64,000 nt of DNA from NCBI GenBank assembly GCA_965237675.1, contig OZ250150.1:2848001-2912000 (forward strand), given 5' to 3'. Source of the stretch: Candidatus Latescibacterota bacterium (GTDB lineage Bacteria; Latescibacterota; UBA2968; GCA-2709665). The position numbers and the translations under genes are program-made. Below are positions 37,986 to 47,663 of the stretch, one piece after another. The notes under the pieces were generated by a model. It was not told the origin of the DNA, ran no database searches, and was given only the letters and a program-made list of their open reading frames with translations. Positions within the stretch are counted from its first letter, which is position 1; each line of letters starts with the position of its first letter.

Positions 37986-39575
37986 TCAAATCCCTTTTTC
38001 CTTGCCCCGGATTCTGGGATCGAGCGTGGCGAGAAGTTCGTCGTCCTCGGTAATTTCGATGGCTCTGACGTGGGCGGCCGCACTGCCCTTGCCTAATGTG
38101 TACTTTATATCCGATTTGAGGTAGACGGGCGCGGTCTCTCCGAATCCTTCTTCCAGGGCGACCCATTCGTTGCCTTCGGAGTGCACCCTGGGCGCGCTTA
38201 CGGCCCAGTCCAGGTCCTCGTCGAGCACCAGTCTCCGTGTGAGCACCTGAAACAGGGAGGAAGGGATGCGGGTGCCGCCCGAGGCGCCCAGGGTCATCAG
38301 GGGTTCACCGTCGTTCATGATGAGCGTGGGACACATGTTGGTGATGGGCGACTTGCCCGCGTCCACTGAGTTGGGCAGGCCGGAGCCGGGGTCGAAGCGG
38401 GACATGCCGGCATTCATAATGAGTCCCATTCTGGGGACGGTGACAAACGAGCCGAAGGCGGGACCGTGCGTCAGAGTCAGGGAAGCCATATTTCGGTCGC
38501 CGTCCACAACGGAGATGTGGGTGGTGCCGCCGTACGAGAGCGGGCGTAACAGCGCCTGTCCGCGCGTACCTTCGGACACGTGATCGGCGATTTCCCGGCC
38601 CGTTGCTCCGACCTGTATGTCGGACGTCAGGGTTTCAAGCGGCACCTTGACAAACCTGGGGTCGCCGAAATACCTGTAGCGGTCCAGCCATGCGGCGCGG
38701 ATGGTTTCAGTCATGCCGTGGGCGAGCCGGGCTGCGTCGCGGGCCCAGAGGTCCAATTCGGCCACTTCGGCGACTCGGCACATTTGAAGAACGGTGAGGC
38801 CGCTGGAACAAAGGGGAGCCGTGTAGAGGTCGTAACCGAGACACGAAGCATGTACGGGATCGACGTGCCGGGCCTGGTAGCCCGCGAAGTCGTCTTCCGT
38901 CAAAATTCCGCCGTTTTCCTTTATGTATTTTGCGATTCTTCCGGCGATTCTGCCCCTGTAAAACTCATCGACGCCGTTCTTGGCAACCTGTTCCAGAATC
39001 CGCCCAAGATTCGGATTGGCCGCCCTGTCGCTTGTGGCGGGCGACGACCCGTCCACCAGCAGCAGCCGCGCGGTTTCCTGGAACTCGCGGATGCGTTTTT
39101 CGTTCGCCCGGACGGCGTCCACGTAGTCGGGTGAGACCCGAAAGCCGTTCATACAGGCCCGAATGGCCGGCGCAAGCGCCTGATCCAGTGGGAACTTCCC
39201 GTATTTTTCAAGCGCCGCCGCCAGCCCGGCAAGTACGCCGGGAACGGAAATTGCGAGGGAGCCGATCTCATTGCCCCGATTCTTGACCAATGACCCGAAG
39301 CGTCCGTCGGAGCGGACGACCTGGAACATCCTGCTCGTGGCGGCCTTGGGAGCGACGGTGTTGAAGTCGATGCAGCCGATTTCCCCGTTCATATAAACCA
39401 TGAGGGCGCCACCGTAGCCGCCGATTCCCGTGTGGTGCGGCGTGACCACGCAGGCGAGCAGGGCGGCCGTGACGGCTGCATCAACGGCATTACCTCCTTT
39501 TTTCAATATGTTGACGGCTGCGGCGTCGGCTTCAGGCTGGCCGACGACCGCGGCCTCTTCAAACGTGGCTGACAC
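37986..39575 (-). CDS. ggt: Gamma-glutamyltransferase family (no signal peptide)
   Basis: GGNAVDAA, GIGG, VPG, TTHISVVD nucleophile Thr, GASGG. Confidence 0.92.
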   Translation of the reverse strand: MSATFEEAAVVGQPEADAAAVNILKKGGNAVDAAVTAALLACVVTPHHTGIGGYGGALMVYMNGEIGCIDFNTVAPKAATSRMFQVVRSDGRFGSLVKNRGNEIGSLAISVPGVLAGLAAALEKYGKFPLDQALAPAIRACMNGFRVSPDYVDAVRANEKRIREFQETARLLLVDGSSPATSDRAANPNLGRILEQVAKNGVDEFYRGRIAGRIAKYIKENGGILTEDDFAGYQARHVDPVHASCLGYDLYTAPLCSSGLTVLQMCRVAEVAELDLWARDAARLAHGMTETIRAAWLDRYRYFGDPRFVKVPLETLTSDIQVGATGREIADHVSEGTRGQALLRPLSYGGTTHISVVDGDRNMASLTLTHGPAFGSFVTVPRMGLIMNAGMSRFDPGSGLPNSVDAGKSPITNMCPTLIMNDGEPLMTLGASGGTRIPSSLFQVLTRRLVLDEDLDWAVSAPRVHSEGNEWVALEEGFGETAPVYLKSDIKYTLGKGSAAAHVRAIEITEDDELLATLDPRIRGKEKGI

Positions 39576-39619
39576 TAATAAGGTCCCCCTTCAACCGCTT
39601 GGGATCCGCGGAAACACTT

Positions 39620-39848
39620 AAAAAACACCCCCGCGACAGGGCATGAGGGTCTCCGTGCGTCCGTTCTGCGGTTCATGGCGATGTGTCGACCAGCCGTGAT
39701 CCACCGCCGGCTCCATCCCGGCTCGGCGGAACGCGGGTCCCCCTTGTCGCGGACACAGGTGGTAACGGAGGGTCACCTGCCGATCGGTCGTCGATTTCGA
39801 ACTTTGACGGGTTTTTCCGGAAACGGAAGGTTCTCGGGCAAGCCCTGG
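39620..39848 (-). ncRNA. Candidate structured leader RNA or sRNA with terminator, upstream of ggt
   Basis: ~230 nt between a promoter and a hairpin+T6; several GC helices; long-range pairing CCGCGACAAGGG/CCCTGTCGCGG competes with the terminator. Confidence 0.55.
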
Positions 39849-39852
39849 TTCG

Positions 39853-39881
39853 ATAATATAAGCCGGTTCCCTGTAGGTCAA
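39853..39881 (-). promoter_or_regulatory. Sigma-70 promoter with A-tract UP element
   Basis: TTGACC-17-TATTAT preceded by AAAAATGAAAAAAAAA. Confidence 0.75.
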
Positions 39882-39987
39882 GGTTTTTTTTTCATTTTTC
39901 GGCTTCCTGTTGCATAATCCGGCATTTGCCGGCCGTGAACAGGACGGGCAAAGCCTCCCGGGATCGACGGAGTCGTCGGGAACGGGT

Positions 39988-42147
39988 TCAAGCGTCGACA
40001 TAAATGGGGCTTGTCCAGGCTTTGGCGCCGTCGGTCTGGATCACCCGCACCCAGTAGGGATGACAGCCGTCGGGCAGTTCGGACTCCCGGTAGGTGAAGC
40101 TGGCTTCGGGTCCGACGCCGGTGGGGGCCTGCTCGAAGACGACCGCGATGTCGATTCCGCCCGCGGGAACCCTTACCGGCCCCCCGGTGATTTCCTGAAG
40201 TGTGATGGATCGGGACACTATGTCCGTGCTGAAGTCGATGGTTGCCTGCGGGGGGGCGTCCAGGGTGAGTATGACGCCGTCGGCGTCACCGGTTGTGACG
40301 GAGTTCCAGGTCACGGAATGGTCTGAGACGGTCCGGATTCCCTCTGACGCCGAATCGAAGGCATATCCTTCGGCGCGGAGAATGCGGCCCCGTTTCAGGG
40401 TGAGGCCGCCGTCCCAGCGAACCAGTCGGTTGCGCGCGCGGATGCGCTGGCCCGACCAGGCAATGCGGATTCTATCTTTTGCGCGGGGAATGGTCGCGGG
40501 AAAACTGTAGACCGGTTCCAGGCCCCTGAATATGTCCACGCGTTCGATGGGCGCGGTGCCGACCACGCTGACGGCGATTTCGGGCGGCTCCGACGCTTGA
40601 AGGTCCGAGCCCATCGGTTGGCCGTCGGCAGTGACGTTTACGAGGATTCGCTGGCCGGTGGTGCCATAACAGCGGCGGGCTTTAAGGGCTTGCCAGAGGC
40701 CGCGCCGGGTGAGTTCGTTTGCAAACACACAGGTGAGGCCTCCGTAGACGCCGAAGGAGCCGCTTCCGGGGTACGCAGCGCCGGGTCTGCCCTTGTGGTC
40801 GTCGCTTCCGGCGGTGAATCCCACCCGGTAGCCGTTTTCGAGCGCCCACTTGAGGAACCATTCGAATTCGCCCCACTCGGAGTAGACTTCCACCAGGGGC
40901 TCGAACTCGGGGTCGTGCCAGTCCAGATTGGCGTAGCGGCCGCCGACGTGCGGAACAAGCAGGACGTCCTCGCCCTTCATCGCCTTGTAGAGGTCGGTCA
41001 CGTGCAGGCAATCCGTGCGGACATCGGATTTGTCCGGAATCAGGACATGGCTGGAGCGGTGCATGGGGCCGGTGTCACCTGGAAAATACACGTTGTGATC
41101 GCCCCCGACGGGGGTGTTTCCCGACCATTCGTAGCCGACGAACGCGACAAATCGTCCGGGATCGTTCTGGGAATTGGCCTGGTGTCTGATTTCCTCCCAG
41201 ACGGTTTCGGTGATCTGAAAGTCGTTACCCTGATGGCCGGCAAAATCGACGAACGCGGATTCACGGGCGAAACGAAAGTACGACGACACGGGGTTTGTCC
41301 CCACGGTCTCTTCGCTCTGTCCGTGCAGGTCGCCCCAGTACGGACGGTACGTGTTCCACGTGTCGATACAGCGCAGCGGATTGCTTTCCGCTTTCAGGCC
41401 CAAAGATTTGTCCTCGACCCGGACACGAAAGACGCCGGTCCGGGGCGCAACGACGTCTTCAAACCGATGCGTTCCACGGTCGGCGGGTCGAAAACGGTAT
41501 GTCTGTGGAAGCCCCTCCAGGCCATCGGTATCCATACTGACTTCGCCGGAGTAGTCCCGGCAGGGATTACCCCAGATGTCCTCGGCCTTCACGCCCGCCC
41601 ACGCAGATTCACCGGGGATGGTTTCCGAGGCGCACAGGGCGACGAGTTTCCGGGGAGCACCGCTGACAATGGGCACCGAGGGCGAGGGGACTTCGACGTA
41701 AACCCACGTGCCGCACCAGTCAACCGCCACACGGAATTCGAATCGTTCCTTACAGAAGGTCTGTGCGCGAATTCCCGGAGATCCGCCGGAGGTGTCTCCG
41801 AGGGTTAGGGTGACCGTGTCGCCTTCGGACAGGGAGTCGTCGAAGACGTCGACGGTGACGCATAGGCGCCACGGTCGCACGTAACGCTGCTTTTCAAAGG
41901 CGGGGCGGAGCGACGCGGGTCCCGTCGTGGATACGGAGGCGTATCCGGGCGCGGTCGGGTCGGCGAACTGTGGCGCCTGCCAGTCGCTAACGTCGCGCCA
42001 GGCGATTTTGATGACGCCGCCGTCATCCACGCCATATCTGCCGGCGTGAAAGATGATCCGCCAGGTGCCATTGGCGCCGGCCGTCACCGGCCCGGCGGGG
42101 TCGATTTCCGCCCACCCGTAACGCTCGCGAGTTTCCGCTTCGCCCAT
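39988..42147 (-). CDS. DUF3604 / PHP-like domain protein
   Basis: YWGDLHGQSEETVGT, GYEWSG, GDHNV, PHVGGRYA, SDDHKGRPG, AWTSPI. Confidence 0.85.
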   Translation of the reverse strand: MGEAETRERYGWAEIDPAGPVTAGANGTWRIIFHAGRYGVDDGGVIKIAWRDVSDWQAPQFADPTAPGYASVSTTGPASLRPAFEKQRYVRPWRLCVTVDVFDDSLSEGDTVTLTLGDTSGGSPGIRAQTFCKERFEFRVAVDWCGTWVYVEVPSPSVPIVSGAPRKLVALCASETIPGESAWAGVKAEDIWGNPCRDYSGEVSMDTDGLEGLPQTYRFRPADRGTHRFEDVVAPRTGVFRVRVEDKSLGLKAESNPLRCIDTWNTYRPYWGDLHGQSEETVGTNPVSSYFRFARESAFVDFAGHQGNDFQITETVWEEIRHQANSQNDPGRFVAFVGYEWSGNTPVGGDHNVYFPGDTGPMHRSSHVLIPDKSDVRTDCLHVTDLYKAMKGEDVLLVPHVGGRYANLDWHDPEFEPLVEVYSEWGEFEWFLKWALENGYRVGFTAGSDDHKGRPGAAYPGSGSFGVYGGLTCVFANELTRRGLWQALKARRCYGTTGQRILVNVTADGQPMGSDLQASEPPEIAVSVVGTAPIERVDIFRGLEPVYSFPATIPRAKDRIRIAWSGQRIRARNRLVRWDGGLTLKRGRILRAEGYAFDSASEGIRTVSDHSVTWNSVTTGDADGVILTLDAPPQATIDFSTDIVSRSITLQEITGGPVRVPAGGIDIAVVFEQAPTGVGPEASFTYRESELPDGCHPYWVRVIQTDGAKAWTSPIYVDA

Positions 42148-42339
42148 TTCTAGGTTCCTTTCGAATTCCAATACGGATCGTTGTCGGCGGATTCGGCCGT
42201 GGAATGGAAATGCTTTCCTGTTAGGCGGTTCCCGCGGGTCTGCGGCGGGGCGGCCCCGGCGGGTCGGGGCGAGTAAAGATATGGATTATCGGATGGAGGA
42301 CAAGGGAATTCAGGGCCGGGATCGAATTCCCCTTTCCGC

Positions 42340-42368
42340 TTGACGGTTACCGGGTTTCACGTTACATT
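42340..42368 (+). promoter_or_regulatory. Putative sigma-70 promoter
   Basis: TTGACG-17-TACATT. Confidence 0.6.
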
Positions 42369-42451
42369 TTCGACAGAACCCGTGGTTCATCGTACCTTAT
42401 TCTCCGCCTGCTTTCAACCTCGGACGAGGTAGCGCGCCGTGGTCAAAGCCG

Positions 42452-42736
42452 ATGTCCGATAGCCTTCCCGTGGTCACGCTTTTTTCCAGGAACGACTGTC
42501 ATTTGTGTGATATCGCGAAAGGCCGCATCGCCACGGCAGTCCGGCGTGTCCCGTTCCGGCTTGAGATCGTTGATATCGACGGAGATCCGGAACTGTATGA
42601 GCGATACAATGAACGGATACCGGTTGTGCAGATCAACGGGGAAGAGGTATTTGCATACCGGGTGAACGAGAGGGTGCTGGTCCGGAAGTTGAAATCGCTG
42701 TCGGCCCGGCCAAGGAGACGATATGGGTGGGGATGA
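42452..42736 (+). CDS. Glutaredoxin-like protein (DUF836)
   Basis: CHLC motif, VDID.DPEL...Y..RIPV. Confidence 0.88.
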   Translation: MSDSLPVVTLFSRNDCHLCDIAKGRIATAVRRVPFRLEIVDIDGDPELYERYNERIPVVQINGEEVFAYRVNERVLVRKLKSLSARPRRRYGWG

Positions 42737-44057
42737 CCTTTTCGCCGCGCTGGAACCCGAGGCACCGCTTGCGGATCGGATGAGACCCCGCTGCCTGGAT
42801 GAGGTGAGGGGACAGGATCATCTCACGGCGCCGGGCGCTCCGTTTCGGAGGTTGATCGAAGGCGACCGGGCGCCGTCGATGATCTTCTGGGGGCCACCGG
42901 GATCGGGCAAGACAACGCTGGCGCGTCTCGTGGCCGAGTCCACGAAAAGCCGTTTTGTGGCGTTCAGCGCGGTCACGTCCGGGGTGAAGGAGGTGCGTGA
43001 GATCGTTGCACGCGCAAAGGGGGAACGCGGGCTGGGAATGCGGACCACCCTGTTCATCGACGAGATTCACCGGTTCAACCGTGCGCAACAGGATGCATTC
43101 TTGCCGCATGTCGAAGACGGCACCATTAGTCTGATCGGTGCGACGACCGAGAATCCTTCGTTTGAGGTGAACGCGGCGCTGCTTTCGCGGATGCAGGTTT
43201 TCGTGTTGAATCTGCTGGATGTCCCGGCAATTTGCGAGGTCCTGAATGCCGCGCTCGTCAACAACGGGCGCGGGCTGCCGGACGCGACCGCCGACGAGGA
43301 CGCCCTTGAGGTAATAGCGACGGCGGCAGAGGGGGACGCCCGCCGTGCCCTGAATTTGCTTGAAATGGCCTCGGCGTCCGTGGAAACGGGCAAACGACTG
43401 ACAGCAGAGTCGGTCAAAGCCGTGATGGGCAGCAAGGCGTTTCTGTACGACAAAGGCGGCGAGGAACACTATAATCTGATCTCGGCGTTACATAAGAGCC
43501 TGAGGGACAGCGATCCGCATGCGTCGCTATACTGGCTGGCGCGTATGATGGAATCGGGCGAGCACCCGCACTATATCTTGAGGCGGATGGTTCGATTCGC
43601 GTCCGAGGATATCGGAAACGCGGATCCCCGGGCGCTTTCAATCGCGCTGGCCGCGAAGGACGCGTACGATTTTCTGGGCAGCCCCGAGGGAGACCTCGCG
43701 ATTGCGCAGGCAGCCGTATATCTCGCTACCGCGGTCAAGAGCAATTCGGTTTATAAGGCCCATGGTGAAGCGCGCAGGGATGTCAGGGAACAGCCGAATC
43801 TGCCCGTGCCGCTGCACCTGAGAAATGCGCCGACGGGATTGATGAAGGAGTTGGGTTACGGTCAGGGTTATCAATATGCTCACGACGATCCCGATGGGTA
43901 CGTGGCGCAGAACCATCTGCCGGAAAACCTGCAAGGGCGTGAGTACTATCGTCCCGCGAACCGCGGGTACGAGCGGCAGATCAGGGAATTGATGGACTGG
44001 TGGGAAGAACTGCGAAGGCGGAAGCCGAAATTGGAGAACGCCCGGGACGACCTGTAA
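42723..44057 (+). CDS. rarA: Replication-associated recombination protein A
   Basis: PLADRMRP, GPPGSGKTT, FIDEIHRFN, GATTENP, ISALHKS, ASEDIG, VPLHLRNAPT. Confidence 0.97.
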   Translation: MGGDDLFAALEPEAPLADRMRPRCLDEVRGQDHLTAPGAPFRRLIEGDRAPSMIFWGPPGSGKTTLARLVAESTKSRFVAFSAVTSGVKEVREIVARAKGERGLGMRTTLFIDEIHRFNRAQQDAFLPHVEDGTISLIGATTENPSFEVNAALLSRMQVFVLNLLDVPAICEVLNAALVNNGRGLPDATADEDALEVIATAAEGDARRALNLLEMASASVETGKRLTAESVKAVMGSKAFLYDKGGEEHYNLISALHKSLRDSDPHASLYWLARMMESGEHPHYILRRMVRFASEDIGNADPRALSIALAAKDAYDFLGSPEGDLAIAQAAVYLATAVKSNSVYKAHGEARRDVREQPNLPVPLHLRNAPTGLMKELGYGQGYQYAHDDPDGYVAQNHLPENLQGREYYRPANRGYERQIRELMDWWEELRRRKPKLENARDDL

Positions 44058-44191
44058 TGCCAATAAGTGCATCCGCGATTGTGTATTAAGGACGGAAAAC
44101 TGTCATAACGTATGCAAACGTCGTTCGACAGCGGGTGTGTCTCGCGTGTCGTCCGATCGTCGGGAAACAAAGGCAAGGGAGGAGGCGAGAC

Positions 44192-44245
44192 ATGAGGCTG
44201 ACCCGAACTTTCAATGTGTCCTATCCGCCTCCCGAGCGTTCCTGA
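44192..44245 (+). CDS. Putative leader peptide MRLTRTFNVSYPPPERS
   Basis: GGGAGGAGG RBS 6 nt before ATG44192; 17 codons; TGA 44243-44245; terminator follows. Confidence 0.7.
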   Translation: MRLTRTFNVSYPPPERS

Positions 44246-44292
44246 CGCAGTCATTGCCGCTGTCATTATCGCAACTCGATTGTTCCTCCGGA

Positions 44293-44326
44293 GCCGCGGG
44301 TAGGATTCTGTCCCGCGGTTTTTTTT
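44293..44326 (+). terminator. Attenuator terminator
   Basis: GCCGCGGG-TAGGATTCTGT-CCCGCGGT followed by a T run, 36 nt before the next start codon. Confidence 0.85.
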
Positions 44327-44362
44327 GTGCCCAAACGGGTTTTTCATCGCCCCACGGAGGAG

Positions 44363-44770
44363 ATGATCGAGTATATGTACAATTCCGATTTCTGGGAAAT
44401 GCGGCTGGACCAGCGCGAACTGGAAAATGCTCCCAACGAGGCCGGCATCTGGTATGAGTCCGTCGAAGATCAAAAACGCCGATATGTGTGGGAGGACCGG
44501 GTTGCGGAACTGGCGGTTCGTATTCTCGAGGCAACGCCACGCTGTCTGACGGAGAAACAGCGTGAGGCGACGCTGCTGTATTTCTGCCGCCGGAAAACGC
44601 AAAGTGAAATTGCGGCGATTATGGACATTTCCCGGCGCGTGGTCAGCCAGCATCTGTTCGGCATCAGACGCGGGGGGAAGCAGGTGGGTGGCGCAATAGG
44701 TAAATTGAGAAAGCTGTGTGAAGAACAGGCGATGGGACCCGGCATCCGGGACTCAGCGGCTTCAGGGTGA
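44363..44770 (+). CDS. Sigma-70 region 4-like HTH protein
   Basis: LTEKQRE...LYF..RKTQSEIAAIMDISRRVVSQHL; ATG44363 after GGAGGA; no region 2 evident. Confidence 0.8.
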   Translation: MIEYMYNSDFWEMRLDQRELENAPNEAGIWYESVEDQKRRYVWEDRVAELAVRILEATPRCLTEKQREATLLYFCRRKTQSEIAAIMDISRRVVSQHLFGIRRGGKQVGGAIGKLRKLCEEQAMGPGIRDSAASG

Positions 44771-44842
44771 ACCTCCCGCCGTTCGGATGGGTGGCCGTTC
44801 GTTTCTTCCCGACGCCGGCGGTCGCCGGCGCGGCCAGCGGGT

Positions 44843-46051
44843 TCAGATCGCCCACGTCTTCATTTTCTCTTCGTCCAATTCAACGCCCAGGCCGGGTTCT
44901 TCAAAGGGTTCCAGTGCGCCGTTCCGGTACCTGAATGGTGTCTTGCAGATGTCGTCTACCAGGAGGGAGGGCCCGACGAGGTCGGAGGGGACGGTCACGT
45001 TTCTGGAAGCCACGGCGAGGTGGACAAACGCGGCGGTGCCGGGGCCCATCTCCACGGTGCTGCCCAGCAGCACGGGGATTCCGGCCGTCTGCGCGATATG
45101 GATCAGGCGTTGACTGCGCAGGATGCCGCCGGCCTGGGAGGGGATAACGTTGAAGACGTCAACGGCTCGGTGGCGTACGAGAGCCATTGAGAAACCGTCG
45201 TTGAGATCGGCCACGTGTTCGATAATCTGAATGGGGGTCTGTTTCCGAACGCGGGCCAGCGAGCAGGCCGCTTCATCGGCATTTTCGTTGATCCGTTCGG
45301 GATTGTCGTTGGCGACGGCACGGTTCACGGCGACCAACGGCGTCTCGCATGCGTCGACGCCGGCGGCGGCCATGTCCCGGATTTTTTCAATGGCCTCATC
45401 CTCCTCCCACGCGCCGCTGGCGTCGGCTTTGAGATAGACATCGGGGCCCGCCACCTGGCGGAAGCGCGCGATGCGGTCCAAATCGCGTGAATGATCCTCG
45501 CCGACCTTGAGCTTGAAGGCACGAAGTCCCTGGGAGACCTTGGCCTCGATTTCATCTTCAAGCGCGTTGAGCTCTTCGTCCAACGAGACGCCTCGTCGCA
45601 TATAGGCGACCCAGCAGACGTCAACCCGTTCGTGACGGCGCCCGCCCAGCAGTTCGTAAAGGGGGGCGCCGTAGTGTTTGCCGGCAAGGTCGAGCAGGGC
45701 GATCTCTACGCCGAACAGAGTGAGACCCCGAAGTTCCGGGTGAATGCCGTCCGGCAGTTCCGAGGCGACGCGGGCGCGCAGGAGGTTTCGATCGGCGACG
45801 TCGCCATCCTTCAACACGCGCAGGAGGAGGTCGCCCAGATCGCCAGGTCCGAGCGGATTCATCCTGTCCGCGATATCGGGGACCTCACCCAGGCCCACGC
45901 GGCCCGTGTCCGTAAAGAACTCGAGGATCTGATATCTGGATCGGCTGAGGTCTTCGTCGGGTTGGAGGCCCTGCGGGTCGGCGGCATAGGTGGTGTAGAT
46001 GCGGGGAACCGAGACTTCGCGCACACGGACGCCGGTGATTTTCATGGACAC
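44843..46051 (-). CDS. Mandelate racemase/muconate lactonizing enzyme family
   Basis: ALLDLAGK..GAPLYELLGG, KLK, DAS, ETP motifs. Confidence 0.88.
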   Translation of the reverse strand: MSMKITGVRVREVSVPRIYTTYAADPQGLQPDEDLSRSRYQILEFFTDTGRVGLGEVPDIADRMNPLGPGDLGDLLLRVLKDGDVADRNLLRARVASELPDGIHPELRGLTLFGVEIALLDLAGKHYGAPLYELLGGRRHERVDVCWVAYMRRGVSLDEELNALEDEIEAKVSQGLRAFKLKVGEDHSRDLDRIARFRQVAGPDVYLKADASGAWEEDEAIEKIRDMAAAGVDACETPLVAVNRAVANDNPERINENADEAACSLARVRKQTPIQIIEHVADLNDGFSMALVRHRAVDVFNVIPSQAGGILRSQRLIHIAQTAGIPVLLGSTVEMGPGTAAFVHLAVASRNVTVPSDLVGPSLLVDDICKTPFRYRNGALEPFEEPGLGVELDEEKMKTWAI

Positions 46052-46063
46052 GGTCCTCCCGGT

Positions 46064-46402
46064 TCAGACGGAACCGGATCCTGCGAGTTGGTTTCGCGTA
46101 TAGGACAGAAGTGCGGCCGTGAGGATGCTGGCGATGAGCAACACGCCCGCCGGCATGAGTTTCCGGGTTCTGATGAATCGACTCAACGAAATCCCGGTGA
46201 GGAGCAGGGAGAGCATCAGGCCGATGAGCAGCCCCGTGGCTGGATCGGTCCGCCCGATCCAGAATGCATAGAGGGCAACCAGCCCGCTGAGTCCGCCGGC
46301 GAGGAGAGAGATGGAGCTATCCGATTTGAGCTTGCCCATCAGGCCGCCTGCAATCAACAGGAGGCCGTACAGAGCCAGGACGGTTTGTGCGAGTTGGAGC
46401 AT
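46064..46402 (-). CDS. TMEM14 family small membrane protein
   Basis: YGLLLIAGGLMG....S.ISLLAG...RFIRTRKLMPAG. Confidence 0.88.
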   Translation of the reverse strand: MLQLAQTVLALYGLLLIAGGLMGKLKSDSSISLLAGGLSGLVALYAFWIGRTDPATGLLIGLMLSLLLTGISLSRFIRTRKLMPAGVLLIASILTAALLSYTRNQLAGSGSV

Positions 46403-46429
46403 GGGTTCCCTCCGATTGCGGTTGACGAA

Positions 46430-46557
46430 TCGTGTTCTGTCGCGGAAAATAGATTGCCGAAATTCGGTCGACGAGACGGGATGACCCGGCGCCTGCCTGT
46501 GCGTACTGCCTCACGCAGGCAGGGAAGCGTGGTAACTATTTCAGGGACAGGGCGCTA
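46430..46557 (-). mobile_element. MITE family A, degenerate inverted copy
   Basis: Begins GTGTTCTGTCGCGGAAAATAGATTGCCGAAATTCGG (reverse complement of the family right end) and ends TATTTCAGGGACAGGGCGCTA; internal CCTGCCTGTGCGT hairpin shared with the 55729 copy. Confidence 0.75.
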
Positions 46558-47559
46558 GCCCGTGCGGTACTTATCCACCGTGGCGAGATCCAGTGTCACG
46601 CCCAGACCCGGCGTTTCGGGCAGCATGAAGTGTCCGTCCTGTACGACAAGGGCGCCGTTGACAACGTCGGCGACGCGGGTGAATGGCAGTTCGTCACAGG
46701 GCAGGGTGGCATTGGCGATTGTGGCCTGGACGTGCACGGAGTAAGCGGCGAGGACGCCCAGGCACAGGCCGCCCATCTGCACCCAGCAGGGGACGTCCGC
46801 GGCCTCCGCGAGAACGGCGGCTTTCTTCACCTGCTGCGCCGGCCCCCCAAGGTTCACGTAGTCGATGCATTCGGCCTTCAGCGCGTTCAGCACGTCTTTC
46901 GGCGCGCCCAGGTGCAGCGCGATTGGAATGTGGGTTTTTTCGCGCAGGAGACGATACCAGTCCAGGTTATTCTTGAGCACGGGATCTTCGAAGTTGGCGA
47001 CCGTACCGAAGGGTTCCAGTTCACCGGCGAGTCGCGCGGCGACGGAGGGGCGCTGAAACGCCGTATTGGGGTCGACGCCGACGGTGTATTCGGGCCCCGC
47101 GGCTTCTTTGATGAGCCGGACGGTTTCCACGATGTTCCACGGGCGCGCCTTGAGCTTGTGGTTGGTGAAGCCCAGTTTCGCGCCGATCTCGGCTTCGGCG
47201 GCGGTTTCTTCGGGTTCCATGGCGCAGGACCAGTAGGAGACGGGTATGCGGTCGCGGACTTTCTCCCCGAAAAAGCGGTAGAGCGGAACACCGTAGGCCT
47301 GTCCGGCGATGTCCAGAAGGGCACAGGTGAACGGGTCGGGCTGCGCGAATGGATCCACGGTGAGGGGATCCTGCCCGGTGAGCGTGGCGGCTTTTTCCGC
47401 GAAACGGGTAGGTTCGCCCTGGCATTCGCCGATTCCCTCGATGCCGCCGTCGGTATGTACGCGACACAGCGTGATGGCATAGATTTTGGGATGGTATCTG
47501 GCAATGGGCGGAATGGGTGGGATCTCTACTTCGAAGAGGTCGATGTCGGTGATTTTCAC
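46555..47559 (-). CDS. Mandelate racemase/muconate lactonizing enzyme family
   Basis: ALLDIAGQ, HKLK, VDPN, EDP, PGLGV. Confidence 0.88.
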   Translation of the reverse strand: MKITDIDLFEVEIPPIPPIARYHPKIYAITLCRVHTDGGIEGIGECQGEPTRFAEKAATLTGQDPLTVDPFAQPDPFTCALLDIAGQAYGVPLYRFFGEKVRDRIPVSYWSCAMEPEETAAEAEIGAKLGFTNHKLKARPWNIVETVRLIKEAAGPEYTVGVDPNTAFQRPSVAARLAGELEPFGTVANFEDPVLKNNLDWYRLLREKTHIPIALHLGAPKDVLNALKAECIDYVNLGGPAQQVKKAAVLAEAADVPCWVQMGGLCLGVLAAYSVHVQATIANATLPCDELPFTRVADVVNGALVVQDGHFMLPETPGLGVTLDLATVDKYRTG

Positions 47560-47663
47560 TACGGGCCTCCTTTGAACCGTTCCGGCCCCTTTTCGCCTGG
47601 CGGAAAGGAGCCTGCCGATCGTTCAGGGTTTATGATCGGCCGTTAGCGTACGTGTCCGGACCG

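Noticed and set aside
39618-40001. 127-aa minus-strand ORF over the ggt leader
   Set aside because: It spans a promoter and terminator, has no RBS and no motifs.
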